A DNA stretch of 54,788 nucleotides, taken from contig JANNQN010000293.1 of NCBI GenBank assembly GCA_031400775.1, positions 1-54,788 of the forward strand, in the 5' to 3' direction. The stretch comes from Planctomycetia bacterium (lineage in GTDB: Bacteria; Planctomycetota; Planctomycetia; Pirellulales; PALSA-1355). The notes under the pieces are model-generated. The model was not told where the DNA came from and ran no database searches. It saw nothing but the letters and a program-made list of their open reading frames with translations. A program made the position numbers and the translations under genes. Positions 37,660 to 47,070 of this stretch are shown one piece after another. The first letter of the stretch is position 1. Each line of letters starts with the position of its first letter.

Positions 37660-38694
37660 TCAATGTGGTTGCAAATGGGCCCGCCGCGCCAGCCCGGCGG
37701 CGCCGATAAATCCGGCATCGGGACCCAGCGAGGCAAAGTCGATCTTGGTGCGCTCGGCGAGAAATGGAAATGCACGCTTGGAAACTTCTTTTTTGATGCG
37801 GTCCAGGAATTTGCGCCCGGTGGCTGATTCGTGCTCGCCAAACGTCATGGCGCCGCCGATCACCACGCCCTGCGGATCGACCGAGTGCATGGCCGTCACC
37901 ACGCCGATGCCCAGGTAGCGGGCAGTATCCAGCACGATCTCGAGCGACAGCGGGTCGCCCCGTTCGGCCTCCTGGTCGATCATCAAGGCAGAAAGTTCTT
38001 CGCCGGCGTCGATGCGTTTCTTGAGAGAGCTGGTGCGGCCCGCGCTTAGGACCTCGGCTGTGCGTTTGACGACCGACGTGGCGCTGGCGTAGGCCTCGAG
38101 ATGGCCGTGCTGGCCGCAGGAGCAAACCCGCGCAGTGTCATGGTAGTCGATAATCATGTGTCCCAATTCGGAGCCGGCGCTATTCTCGCCTTCGACCAGC
38201 AAGTCGCCGATGACGATTCCACCGCCAACGCCAGTGCCCAGTGTGAACATGACCATGCTTTTCAGCACGCGGCCACTGCCGACCCAGTACTCGCCGTAGG
38301 TCGCCGAGCGGGCGTCGTTGGCAAACGTCACCGGCAGGCCACAGGCCTTGGACAGGGCATCGCGAATCGGAAAATTCCACCAGCCGGGCAAGTTTCCGGG
38401 CGAGAGCAGAATTCCCTTGGAGATATCCATCGTGCCGGGCGTCCCTAGTCCGATCCGCGCGATGCGGCCGCGGTCCAGTCCGACCTCGGCGATCACCCGA
38501 TCGAGCTCGTGGGCCGTTCGCTGGATGGCCGCCTGCGGGCCTTCTTCAACCTGGGTATGGATGCTGGCCCAACCCAGCGGTTGGCCCAAATCGTCGACCA
38601 CGCCCAGCTTGATATTCGTGCCGCCCACGTCCACGCCGGCAAAAAAGGGGGGCCGCGCTTGCGCTAGGGAGACAAACTGCCGGGAGTAAGCCAT
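37660..38694 (-). CDS. ROK family sugar kinase (glucokinase-like)
   Basis: ATG at 38694; GVDVGGT, ANDA, TLGTGVGGG, ELGH, CSCG..GHLEAYAS. Confidence 0.9.
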   Translation of the reverse strand: MAYSRQFVSLAQARPPFFAGVDVGGTNIKLGVVDDLGQPLGWASIHTQVEEGPQAAIQRTAHELDRVIAEVGLDRGRIARIGLGTPGTMDISKGILLSPGNLPGWWNFPIRDALSKACGLPVTFANDARSATYGEYWVGSGRVLKSMVMFTLGTGVGGGIVIGDLLVEGENSAGSELGHMIIDYHDTARVCSCGQHGHLEAYASATSVVKRTAEVLSAGRTSSLKKRIDAGEELSALMIDQEAERGDPLSLEIVLDTARYLGIGVVTAMHSVDPQGVVIGGAMTFGEHESATGRKFLDRIKKEVSKRAFPFLAERTKIDFASLGPDAGFIGAAGLARRAHLQPH

Positions 38695-38925
38695 AGCATG
38701 CACGCGGGGGGCGGGACGCGCCAAGAGCGGAGGCGGATGGATCGAACCACCGGAAGTATAGGGACTTGCGCCCTGCTGGGCAATGCGAACCGACTGGCGG
38801 ACAACCGCGCGCAACATCTTGTCGGGCAATCCGTTAAGCGCTCACGATCGAGCGACTGTCGGATGGCCCATCGTGTGGCGAATCGGCCTTCGATTTCGCT
38901 TGCCAATAGCACCGCCTGAGGGCGG

Positions 38926-39063
38926 CTACTTCTTGGGTCGCGAGGTGAGGGCTTTGCTGCATCGCTTGCAGCGTTTCCGCTGGGGATTCACCTTACCGCC
39001 GCACTTGGGACAGCGTAGGGCTTTCAGCTTCTGTACGAAGGCACTGTGCGGGCGGGTTCTCAT
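38926..39063 (-). CDS. Small basic zinc-ribbon protein (45 aa), absent from the ORF track
   Basis: Hand translation: MRTRPHSAFVQKLKALRCPKCGGKVNPQRKRCKRCSKALTSRPKK*; purine-rich GAGAAG upstream; ccgcc-tgag-ggcgg hairpin just downstream. Confidence 0.75.
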   Translation of the reverse strand: MRTRPHSAFVQKLKALRCPKCGGKVNPQRKRCKRCSKALTSRPKK

Positions 39064-39270
39064 CGCGGGGGTACTTCTCGAAATGCGGAGGCTGGACTAT
39101 GACGTAAGTGATGACGCTTGTTACAGATAGAAGTTTTCGCAGCGGGCCGTTTCCTCCGCAAGGGCGTGCCCCAGGATAACAGCGCCGCGTTACCATGTCC
39201 ATTGCCGCTTTACGCAGCCCCTTATTTAGCCGCTTGCGGCTTAGCCGTATAAACCGACTGGCCCGTCACC

Positions 39271-39969
39271 CTACGGCGACAACTCCTTGATCCGCGCGTC
39301 GCGGATCTCGACGTGGCTGCCGCCGCGGCTGAGCTCCTGAAAGCCGATGTGGCCGCGACGCGGGCGATCTTTGAGCGGCGCGCCGCGCTCGAGCTTGCGC
39401 TTCTGCATGTCCAGATTCACGTTCAGAACCAGCTCGCCGTTGAGCCACACGGCCACTTGCGGCCCGCTGCAGGTGATCTCGTAGTGATTCCATTCGGTGG
39501 GAATGAACGGCTCGCGGCCCGGCGCAACGGCCTTGTAGATGGCGCCGGTCAATTCGGCCTTGCCGACCTTGTCCTCGCCGTAGTAGCGCGGATCGACGAT
39601 CTGTAGTTCCAAGCCATCGAAGGCCGGGTCGCCCGCATCGGGAAAGCGCAGACCCACGCCGCTGTTGCCTTGCTCGCCGATCTTGAATTCGAACTCGAGC
39701 ACGAAATCTCCGTACTCACGCGGACTGACCAGCCAACTGCCGCGCGGCGTGCTGCCGTGCAACACCCCGTCGACGACTTTCCAGGCGGCGCCCTCGGGCG
39801 CAGGATTCTTGACGTCGGCCCAATGCGCCACGCGCCAGCCATCGGGCACGCCCTCCTTGGGAAACAACCGGGCGAAGCCATCGTCGGCCGGCTTGGCGGC
39901 ATGCGACGAGGCGTGCATCGCAAACAGCAAACTGCCAAGCACGGCGAGCAGAACAAGCGACCGTTTCAT
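39271..39969 (-). CDS. DUF1080 (3-keto-disaccharide hydrolase family) secreted protein
   Basis: Signal peptide; W.V.DG, YGDF.LE.EFK, NSGV, ELQI.D, GAIY, EWN.YEI, GHIGFQ. Confidence 0.92.
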   Translation of the reverse strand: MKRSLVLLAVLGSLLFAMHASSHAAKPADDGFARLFPKEGVPDGWRVAHWADVKNPAPEGAAWKVVDGVLHGSTPRGSWLVSPREYGDFVLEFEFKIGEQGNSGVGLRFPDAGDPAFDGLELQIVDPRYYGEDKVGKAELTGAIYKAVAPGREPFIPTEWNHYEITCSGPQVAVWLNGELVLNVNLDMQKRKLERGAPLKDRPRRGHIGFQELSRGGSHVEIRDARIKELSP

Positions 39970-39992
39970 AATCGTGGGTCCCCGGAATGGAA

Positions 39993-41459
39993 TTAGGTCA
40001 GGATGTCGTGCACGACTTCACCGTGAACGTCGGTCAGACGAAAGTCGCGGCCGGCGTAGCGGTAGGTCAGCTTGGTATGGTCGAGTCCCAGCAGGTGCAG
40101 CATCGTGGCATGCAGATCGTGTAGGTGGACCTTGTTCTCGACGGCATAGTAACCGTAGTCGTCGGTGTTGCCGTATCGCATGCCCGGCTTCACGCCGCCG
40201 CCGGCCATCCACATGGTAGAGCCGTGCGGGTTGTGGTCGCGGCCGTCGCCCCCCTGGGCCGTGGGCGTGCGGCCGAACTCTCCGCCCCACAGAACCAGCG
40301 TGTCTTCGAGCAAGCCGCGAGCTTTCAAATCGCGGATCAGTCCGGCGATCGGCTTGTCGACTTCGAGGGCGTTGGAGGCGTGATCTTTTCGCAGTCCGCC
40401 GTGCTGGTCCCATTTGTAACTGTGGCTGACTTGCACGAAGCGCACGCCGCTCTCGGCAAACCGGCGGGCCATCAAGCATTGCCGGCCGAAGTTCTTGGTC
40501 TTGGCGTCGTCCAAGCCGTACAGCGCGAGCGTGGCCTCGGTCTCGTCCGAAATATCTTGCAAGCGCGGCGCGGCGGCCTGCATGCGAAAGGCCAGCTCGA
40601 AGGAATCGATGCGACCTTCGAGCGCCAGATCGGGTCCCGTCGTGGCCAGGTGCTCGGCCTCCATCTGCCGCAACAGGTCCAACTCGAGCCGCTGCGCGGC
40701 GCGCGAGGTCTGGTCGTTGTCGATAAATGGAATCTTGGCCCGATCGGCGGGGATGCTGGCATTGCCCAGCGCTGTGGCCTGGTAGGCGGCGGGCAGAAAC
40801 GCGGAGCTGTAGTTGTTCTCGGCGCCGTGCGTCAATGTGGGACAAATCGTAATGAAGCCGGGCAGGTCCTGGTTCTCGCTGCCCAGGCCATACGTGATCC
40901 ACGAGCCCATGCTGGGGCGGACGAACGTATCGCTGCCGGTGTGCAGCTCGAGCAGCGCCCCGCCGTGCCGGCTGTTCGAGCCGTGCATGGAGTGGATCAT
41001 GCACAGTTCGTCGACCACACCTGCCACGTGCGGAAACAACTCGCTGACCCACGCGCCGCTCTGGCCGTGTTGGCTGAACTGCCAGGGCGACTTGAGCAGG
41101 TTGCCGGTCTCGCTGGAAACGACGCGCGGCTTGGCGAACGGCAGCGGCTTGCCGTGATCGCGAGCCAAAAGCGGCTTATAGTCGAACGTGTCGACCTGCG
41201 AGGGCCCGCCGTGCATGAACAGAAAGATGACCCGTTTGGCCTTGGCCGGATGATGCGGCAGTCGCGGCGCGAGCGGGTTCGCATTGGCGGCGGCGGCTTC
41301 GTCGGCCAATAGCCCAGCCAGCGCCAGGCCGGCAAACCCGGCCGCCGAACTGCGCAGCATGTCGCGACGCGACAGCGGACCCGCGCAATTGCAGGCATTC
41401 CAGTGCGCGCGGGCGGCTCGGCCTGTGTGGGCTGCTAAATCTGTGCGCTGGCGAGGCAT
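39993..41459 (-). CDS. DUF1501 domain protein (Tat-exported, sulfatase-like)
   Basis: SRRDML twin-arginine signal, FMHGGPSQVDTFDYKP, WGGEFGRTP, GRDHNP, DLHATMLHLLG. Confidence 0.93.
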   Translation of the reverse strand: MPRQRTDLAAHTGRAARAHWNACNCAGPLSRRDMLRSSAAGFAGLALAGLLADEAAAANANPLAPRLPHHPAKAKRVIFLFMHGGPSQVDTFDYKPLLARDHGKPLPFAKPRVVSSETGNLLKSPWQFSQHGQSGAWVSELFPHVAGVVDELCMIHSMHGSNSRHGGALLELHTGSDTFVRPSMGSWITYGLGSENQDLPGFITICPTLTHGAENNYSSAFLPAAYQATALGNASIPADRAKIPFIDNDQTSRAAQRLELDLLRQMEAEHLATTGPDLALEGRIDSFELAFRMQAAAPRLQDISDETEATLALYGLDDAKTKNFGRQCLMARRFAESGVRFVQVSHSYKWDQHGGLRKDHASNALEVDKPIAGLIRDLKARGLLEDTLVLWGGEFGRTPTAQGGDGRDHNPHGSTMWMAGGGVKPGMRYGNTDDYGYYAVENKVHLHDLHATMLHLLGLDHTKLTYRYAGRDFRLTDVHGEVVHDILT

Positions 41460-41463
41460 GGCG

Positions 41464-43980
41464 TTATTCCAGGTACATAAACTCATTCGATGAAATCAGC
41501 ACCCGGCACAGGGCCTGCCAGGCGCGAGTGCGAGCTTCGGCCGGTTCTACGTTCGCGCCCGCCAGACCGGACTGATAGCGGGCGATAAACTCGATCGCCC
41601 GGCTGGTCTCATTGGCCGACGGCGCCCGACCGTGTACTCGGCGATAGGCCAACGTCGCCAGTGCCGCGTCGTCAGTGGCCGTGCGCAAAAGTTCTTCGGC
41701 CAGGTCGCGAGTCTGCCGCAGCACCAGCGGGCTGTTCATCATGAACAGGGCCTGCGGCGCCACCGTGGTCGCAGGGCGCTTGCCGTTCATCGTGCTGGGA
41801 TCGGCGAAGTCGAACGCCGAAAATACTTCGTAGACAGCACTGCGCACCACGGGCAAGTAGATCGAACGGCGCGTGTTGTCGTAGTTCACGTCGTTGGCCG
41901 AGGCCGTGCTGGTGACGTACGTGTGGTTCTTGTTCGTCAGCAATGTTCCGCCCATGGCGCCGTGAATGCCGCCGCAAGTGGCCAGGATCGCGTCGCGGAT
42001 TTCCTCGGCTTCCAACCGCCGGCGATTCATCCGCCAGAGCAGCCGATTTTCGGGATCGGCCGCGGCGCCGCGCTCGCTGTACGTGGTGCTCATTCGATAC
42101 GCGTTCGACAGCATGATCCGCCGGTGCAGCGTCTTGATCGACCAGCCGGACTCGACAAACCGCAGTGCCAGCCAATCCAAGAGTGGCTGATTGTCGGGCT
42201 GCTGACCGAGCTTGCCAAAGTTATCGGGCGTACGCACCAGCCCCTCGCCAAAATGTCCCTGCCAGACACGATTCACCATCACCCGAGCGGTCAGCGGATG
42301 ATCGGCCCGCGTAAGCCATCGCGCCAACTCAAGCCGCCCGCTGGCGGCCGGTGCAATGGTCGGCTGAGTGTCGCCGGCCAACACGGCCGGAAACCGCCGC
42401 GGCGCCAGCTCGCCCAAGGTCAAATGACTACCGCGCAGATGGACCCGCAGGTCCTGCGGCGTTCGATCGGACACGCCGAGGGCATAAGGAATATCGGGGC
42501 GTGCTTTCTCCAATTCGGCACGCTCGGCTTTGACCTTCGCGAGCGCGTCGTTGTTTTCCGACGAGTAAAAGCCCGCGAGATCTTTCGGCACGGCGCCCGG
42601 CACAACCCCCTGCCCCACGGCGCCGGCGAGTAATCGTTGGTAAAAATCCTGCGTGGCGTCGTCCTTAGCGACCTGCTCGGCCGCTTTGAGGGCGCCGTCG
42701 GCGCGAGCGACCTGCTTTTCGAATTCGGCCAATCGGGCCAGCTTCTGGCTGTTGGCCAGCGGGCGCTCCGACCACATTGCCACGACCCGATAGTTCTCCA
42801 TCGACTTGGTGCTTTTGAAGATTCCGGCGAGCGAGTAATAGTCGGCCGTCGGAATCGGATCGAACTTGTGATCGTGGCACCGCGCGCATCCCAAGGTCAG
42901 GCCCATGAACGCGCGGCCGATCGTGTCGACCTGCTCGTCGACGATGTCCATCTCCATTTTGACCGGGTCGTCCTCGGCGAGCATCTTGGGGCCAAGGACC
43001 AGAAAACCGGTGGCCACCAGCCGTTCGAAGTTCGTGGCGTCGTCGGCCGGGGGCAGCAGATCGCCGGCCAGTTGTTGGCGAATGAATTCGTCGTAGGGCA
43101 GATCGCGATTGAAGGCCGCCACGACGTAGTCGCGATAGCGCCAGGCATGGGCCATCGCCATGTTCTCGTCCATGCCGTTCGAATCGGCATAGCGGGCGAT
43201 GTCGAGCCACCGCCGCCCCCAGCGCTCGCCATAGCGGGGCGAAGCCAAGAGACGATCGACCAGTCGGGCAAAGGCATCGCTGGACGTGTCCGCCAGAAAA
43301 CGGTCGACTTCCTCGGGCGCTGGCGGCAGGCCGTGTAAATCGAACGTCGCACGGCGAATCAACTGCCGCTTGTCGGTCGCGGGCGCCGGCGACAGGCTGC
43401 GGGCTTCGAGCGCGGACAGCACAAAAAAGTCGAGCGGTGAGATGGGCCACGACGTATTCTGCACGGCTGGCAAAGCCGAGTCGCGCGGCGGCTGAAAGGC
43501 CCAGAATTCGCGTGCTTGCGGATCGAGCGCCGCTTCAACCTTCGGCGCGGGCTGGGGCGAGTCACCTTGAGCGCTGCCGGGCCACGGCGCGCCTTGCGCC
43601 ACCCAGGCGGTCAGGTCGGCGATCTCGCGCGCGGGCAATTTGGTTTTGGGAGGCATTTGCACGACCTCGCCGTGCCGCACGGCGTCGATCAGCAAGCTGT
43701 TCTGCGGATCGCCCGGCTTGATCGCCGGGCCGAGGTCGCCTCCTTTGAGCAGGGCGGCGCGCGAGTCGAGCCGCAAGTTGCCTTCGCGCTTGGAGTCGGG
43801 GCCGTGGCACTCGTAGCACCGCGCGGCCAGCACGGGACGAACGTTGGTCTCGAAGAATTTGGCCGCCGCTTCGTCGCCCCCCTTCCCATCATTGGACGCT
43901 GCCGGCTCGGCCGCCAACGCGCCGGCGGCAAATCGCCAGGCGACGAAGAGCACGCAGATCGGCCAGGTTGGACGGATCAT
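41464..43980 (-). CDS. PSD1 / DUF1549 / DUF1553 planctomycete cytochrome c protein
   Basis: FFE..VRPVL..RCYECH, RRATFDL.GLPP, CARCHDHKFDPI, ARVMVNRVWQ.HFG, APQALF.MN. Confidence 0.95.
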   Translation of the reverse strand: MIRPTWPICVLFVAWRFAAGALAAEPAASNDGKGGDEAAAKFFETNVRPVLAARCYECHGPDSKREGNLRLDSRAALLKGGDLGPAIKPGDPQNSLLIDAVRHGEVVQMPPKTKLPAREIADLTAWVAQGAPWPGSAQGDSPQPAPKVEAALDPQAREFWAFQPPRDSALPAVQNTSWPISPLDFFVLSALEARSLSPAPATDKRQLIRRATFDLHGLPPAPEEVDRFLADTSSDAFARLVDRLLASPRYGERWGRRWLDIARYADSNGMDENMAMAHAWRYRDYVVAAFNRDLPYDEFIRQQLAGDLLPPADDATNFERLVATGFLVLGPKMLAEDDPVKMEMDIVDEQVDTIGRAFMGLTLGCARCHDHKFDPIPTADYYSLAGIFKSTKSMENYRVVAMWSERPLANSQKLARLAEFEKQVARADGALKAAEQVAKDDATQDFYQRLLAGAVGQGVVPGAVPKDLAGFYSSENNDALAKVKAERAELEKARPDIPYALGVSDRTPQDLRVHLRGSHLTLGELAPRRFPAVLAGDTQPTIAPAASGRLELARWLTRADHPLTARVMVNRVWQGHFGEGLVRTPDNFGKLGQQPDNQPLLDWLALRFVESGWSIKTLHRRIMLSNAYRMSTTYSERGAAADPENRLLWRMNRRRLEAEEIRDAILATCGGIHGAMGGTLLTNKNHTYVTSTASANDVNYDNTRRSIYLPVVRSAVYEVFSAFDFADPSTMNGKRPATTVAPQALFMMNSPLVLRQTRDLAEELLRTATDDAALATLAYRRVHGRAPSANETSRAIEFIARYQSGLAGANVEPAEARTRAWQALCRVLISSNEFMYLE

Positions 43981-44206
43981 GACGGACACCAGTTAAGCGG
44001 ATGCGCGGCGCGATGTAGAGGGCGGAAGTTTCCGGGGACCGGGGTCTATTGTATCTGGCCGCCGGGGGCTTGTAACCCAAGCGGGAGAGCGGAACAGTGG
44101 CGACACCGCGGCTTGTGCTTGTGCCGTCGCGGGGCCGGAGCATAGTATGGGGCACCCCCGGGTGCCGCTCTCCGTACCTTTACGGGCCGCAAGGTCCGGC
44201 TTGCCG

Positions 44207-45703
44207 ATGTCGAATTTCTCCTGGATCGATGGCAGCATCGTCGGCGTCTATTTGCTGGTGACGATGGTCGCCGGTATGAGCGTGCGCAAGTACGTCGGCA
44301 AGGTGGAGCACTTTCTAGTCGCCGGCCGCGAGATGGACGTGTACCTGGGCGTGGCCTCGCTGGCGGCCACCGAGTTCGGCATCGTTACCTGCATGTCGGC
44401 CTCGGAACTGGGTTACAAACACGGGTTCGCCGGCGCCACGACCGGCATCATCTACGCGCTGGCCATGTTCCTGGTCGGCTGGACCGGTTTCTGCGTCAAG
44501 CCGCTGCGCGATTCGGGCGTGATAACGATCGCCGAGCTGTTCGAAAAGCGATTCGGCCCTCGCATTCGCTGGTGGAGCGGTGTGGTTATCGTGCTGGGCG
44601 GGTTGCTCAACATGGGAGTGTTTCTGCGCACCGGCGGCGAGTTCCTTGTCACCGTCTGCGGCCTGAACAACGAGCATCTGGAAATCACGATGACCGTGTT
44701 GTTGGTTGGCGTGGCGGCCTACACGATCGTGGGCGGCATGCTCTCGGTTCTGGTCACCGATTATTTGCAATTCATCGTGATGAGCGTGGGGCTCTTGGCC
44801 GTTACGTTTTTGATGCTGGCCACGATTCCTTGGGACACGCTGGTTAGCGCCGTGCAAGACCGGCACGGCGACGGCGGCTTCAATCCGTTTATCAACGAGG
44901 ATCTGGGTTGGTCGTATATCGTGTTCAACTGCCTGTTGCAGTTGGCGGCCGTGCTCACCTGGCAAACGACGATCGCGCGGTTGCTGGCCGCCAAGGACAC
45001 CAAGACCGGCCAGCGCGTGTATACCAGGACCGCCTTTTTCTTCGTCTGCCAGTTTTTGATCCCGGGCGTGTGGGGCATCGCCGCTTTGGCGACGCTGGCC
45101 CCCGGCGTGGTGCCCGCGGACAATGCGGCCCAGGCCATGCCGCTGCTGCTCAGCACCACCGTACCCATCGGGCTGATGGGATTGCTCGTGGCCGCGATGC
45201 TGGCCGCCGACATGTCGACAGACTCGTCCTACATGCTCACCTGGGCGAGCGTCATCTATAACGATCTGTTGGCACCGTTTCGCAAAACATCCTGGTCGGA
45301 GCGGCGCGGGTTGTTTTGGAATCGCACGATCGTGGCCCTGATCGGCGTGTTTCTCTTGATCTACGGCCTATGGTACAAGATTCAGGGTGGAATCTGGACC
45401 TATTTGACTGTCACCGGGACGATTTATCTGTCCAGCATGTCCACCTTGTTGATCGCCTGCTGCTATTGGAAGCGGGCTAACAATTGGGGCGCCGCCGGCG
45501 CCATCCTGGCAGGCGCGTTTTTTCCGCTGGCCTACCTGGTCATGGAACAGCTCGACGGCACGCGCGAGCTGGCCCGTTGGATCGGACCGAACTACTCCGG
45601 CATTGCCGCTTATGTTGGCGCCGCCACGGCCATGGTCGTGGGCTCGCTCGTGAAACCGCAGCCGAAACAAGACATCAGCCAGGGAGTCGTACATGGCCGC
45701 TAG
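44207..45703 (+). CDS. Sodium:solute symporter family protein
   Basis: ATG at 44207; many TM helices, FLVAGR, YT..GG..SV..TD.LQF, AA.MST.SS. Confidence 0.92.
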   Translation: MSNFSWIDGSIVGVYLLVTMVAGMSVRKYVGKVEHFLVAGREMDVYLGVASLAATEFGIVTCMSASELGYKHGFAGATTGIIYALAMFLVGWTGFCVKPLRDSGVITIAELFEKRFGPRIRWWSGVVIVLGGLLNMGVFLRTGGEFLVTVCGLNNEHLEITMTVLLVGVAAYTIVGGMLSVLVTDYLQFIVMSVGLLAVTFLMLATIPWDTLVSAVQDRHGDGGFNPFINEDLGWSYIVFNCLLQLAAVLTWQTTIARLLAAKDTKTGQRVYTRTAFFFVCQFLIPGVWGIAALATLAPGVVPADNAAQAMPLLLSTTVPIGLMGLLVAAMLAADMSTDSSYMLTWASVIYNDLLAPFRKTSWSERRGLFWNRTIVALIGVFLLIYGLWYKIQGGIWTYLTVTGTIYLSSMSTLLIACCYWKRANNWGAAGAILAGAFFPLAYLVMEQLDGTRELARWIGPNYSGIAAYVGAATAMVVGSLVKPQPKQDISQGVVHGR

Positions 45704-45848
45704 TTTCTGGTGGTGGCTCACCATCGCCTGCCTGGTGTGGTATTCCACGATCACGGTGTTCGTCACCGTTCGCGGCGCCTACGATATCAAGCACATGCTG
45801 GCTCGGCTGCGAGATCTGCGCGACGGCGGCGACGACGAAAAAGTCTGA
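45693..45848 (+). CDS. Small single-TM protein coupled to the symporter (51 aa)
   Basis: Hand translation: MAASFWWWLTIACLVWYSTITVFVTVRGAYDIKHMLARLRDLRDGGDDEKV*; AGGGAG SD; overlaps the symporter stop. Confidence 0.8.
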   Translation: MAASFWWWLTIACLVWYSTITVFVTVRGAYDIKHMLARLRDLRDGGDDEKV

Positions 45849-45865
45849 ATCCCGAGGCGCTTGCT

Positions 45866-46915
45866 ATGGACGAAATCGCCCGCGAATTGGACTCGCCGGT
45901 GATCGGTCAATCGGAGCCGCCGCGCCGTGCTCGATGGCGGTTGCTGCTGGCCGGCGGGATATGGATTTATGTCGCCGCGATGGTCCTGCTGGCTCTGTGG
46001 ATGCATGCCTACGGCGACCGCCGGTGGCTGGCCACCTTGTTTCTGTTCGGCCCGCGCTGGTTGTGCGCGGTCCCGCTGCCGCTGTTGGTCGCGGTCGCGG
46101 CGATCTGGCAGCGCTGGTTGCTGCCGCCGCTTGCGATCGCGGGCATGGTGATCGTCGGCCCGATCATGGGACTGTGTGTCCATCCCGATTTGTCGAATAC
46201 TACTTTCCACGATTTGCGCGTGTTGACGTGCAACGTCGAGCAAGACGCGCTGCATCCACTGGCGCTCGCCGTGCTGGTCGAAGACGAGCAGGTCGACGTG
46301 GTCGCACTGCAGGAGGTTCGCAACCCTCGGCATTTTGAGTGGCCGCCGCGCTGGTACGTCGTGGCCCACGATGAGTTCCTGCTGGCGAGTCGCTTTCCGA
46401 TCGTGGAGCAGGAGTATATTGGCCGGCCTCGGAATGCGTTTGAGCTGGCCGCCATTCGTTACACGATCGAGCTACCCGATCGGCAAGTACAGATATTCAA
46501 CTTGCATCTGGAATCGCCCCGCTCGGGGCTGGAAGCCGTGCTCGACCGCCGGACCCTGCTCGATTTGTCGCAGGCCCCGCTGCTCAAGGCCGTGATCGAA
46601 GCCCGCGCCGTCGAGTCGGCCCGAACGAGCCAATGGATCGCCGGATTTGCCGGAGCGAAGATCGTCGTGGGGGATTTCAACATGCCGGTCGAAAGCGCGA
46701 TCTATGGCCGCGACTGGTCGCCGCTGACCAACGCCTTTTCCACGGCTGGTTGGGGATTCGGATTCACCAAGAGGACGGCCGTGCGCGGCTGGAGTTTTGG
46801 CACTCGCATCGACCACGTGCTCTGGGACGGACCCTGGCGATGCCCACGATCGTGGATGTCCGGCGACCTTGGCTCAGACCATTTGCCGCTGCTAGCCGAC
46901 TTCATCATTCAGTAG
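45866..46915 (+). CDS. Membrane-anchored endonuclease/exonuclease/phosphatase family protein
   Basis: ATG at 45866; N-terminal TMs, LTCNV, DVVALQE, GDFN, RIDHV, GSDHLP. Confidence 0.9.
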   Translation: MDEIARELDSPVIGQSEPPRRARWRLLLAGGIWIYVAAMVLLALWMHAYGDRRWLATLFLFGPRWLCAVPLPLLVAVAAIWQRWLLPPLAIAGMVIVGPIMGLCVHPDLSNTTFHDLRVLTCNVEQDALHPLALAVLVEDEQVDVVALQEVRNPRHFEWPPRWYVVAHDEFLLASRFPIVEQEYIGRPRNAFELAAIRYTIELPDRQVQIFNLHLESPRSGLEAVLDRRTLLDLSQAPLLKAVIEARAVESARTSQWIAGFAGAKIVVGDFNMPVESAIYGRDWSPLTNAFSTAGWGFGFTKRTAVRGWSFGTRIDHVLWDGPWRCPRSWMSGDLGSDHLPLLADFIIQ

Positions 46916-47070
46916 GGTGATTGCGCCGCAAGATCAGCTCGCCAGTCGCCGCCGGCGCCGCGACTGGCAATTGGCGCCCGGGCTGACTATCCTGGGTTGC
47001 AGCCGGCGGCGCACCTTTCGAGCGTGCGCGCAGCACGATCCCCCGTCGAGTTGAAAGCGAGTTAAGCGCC

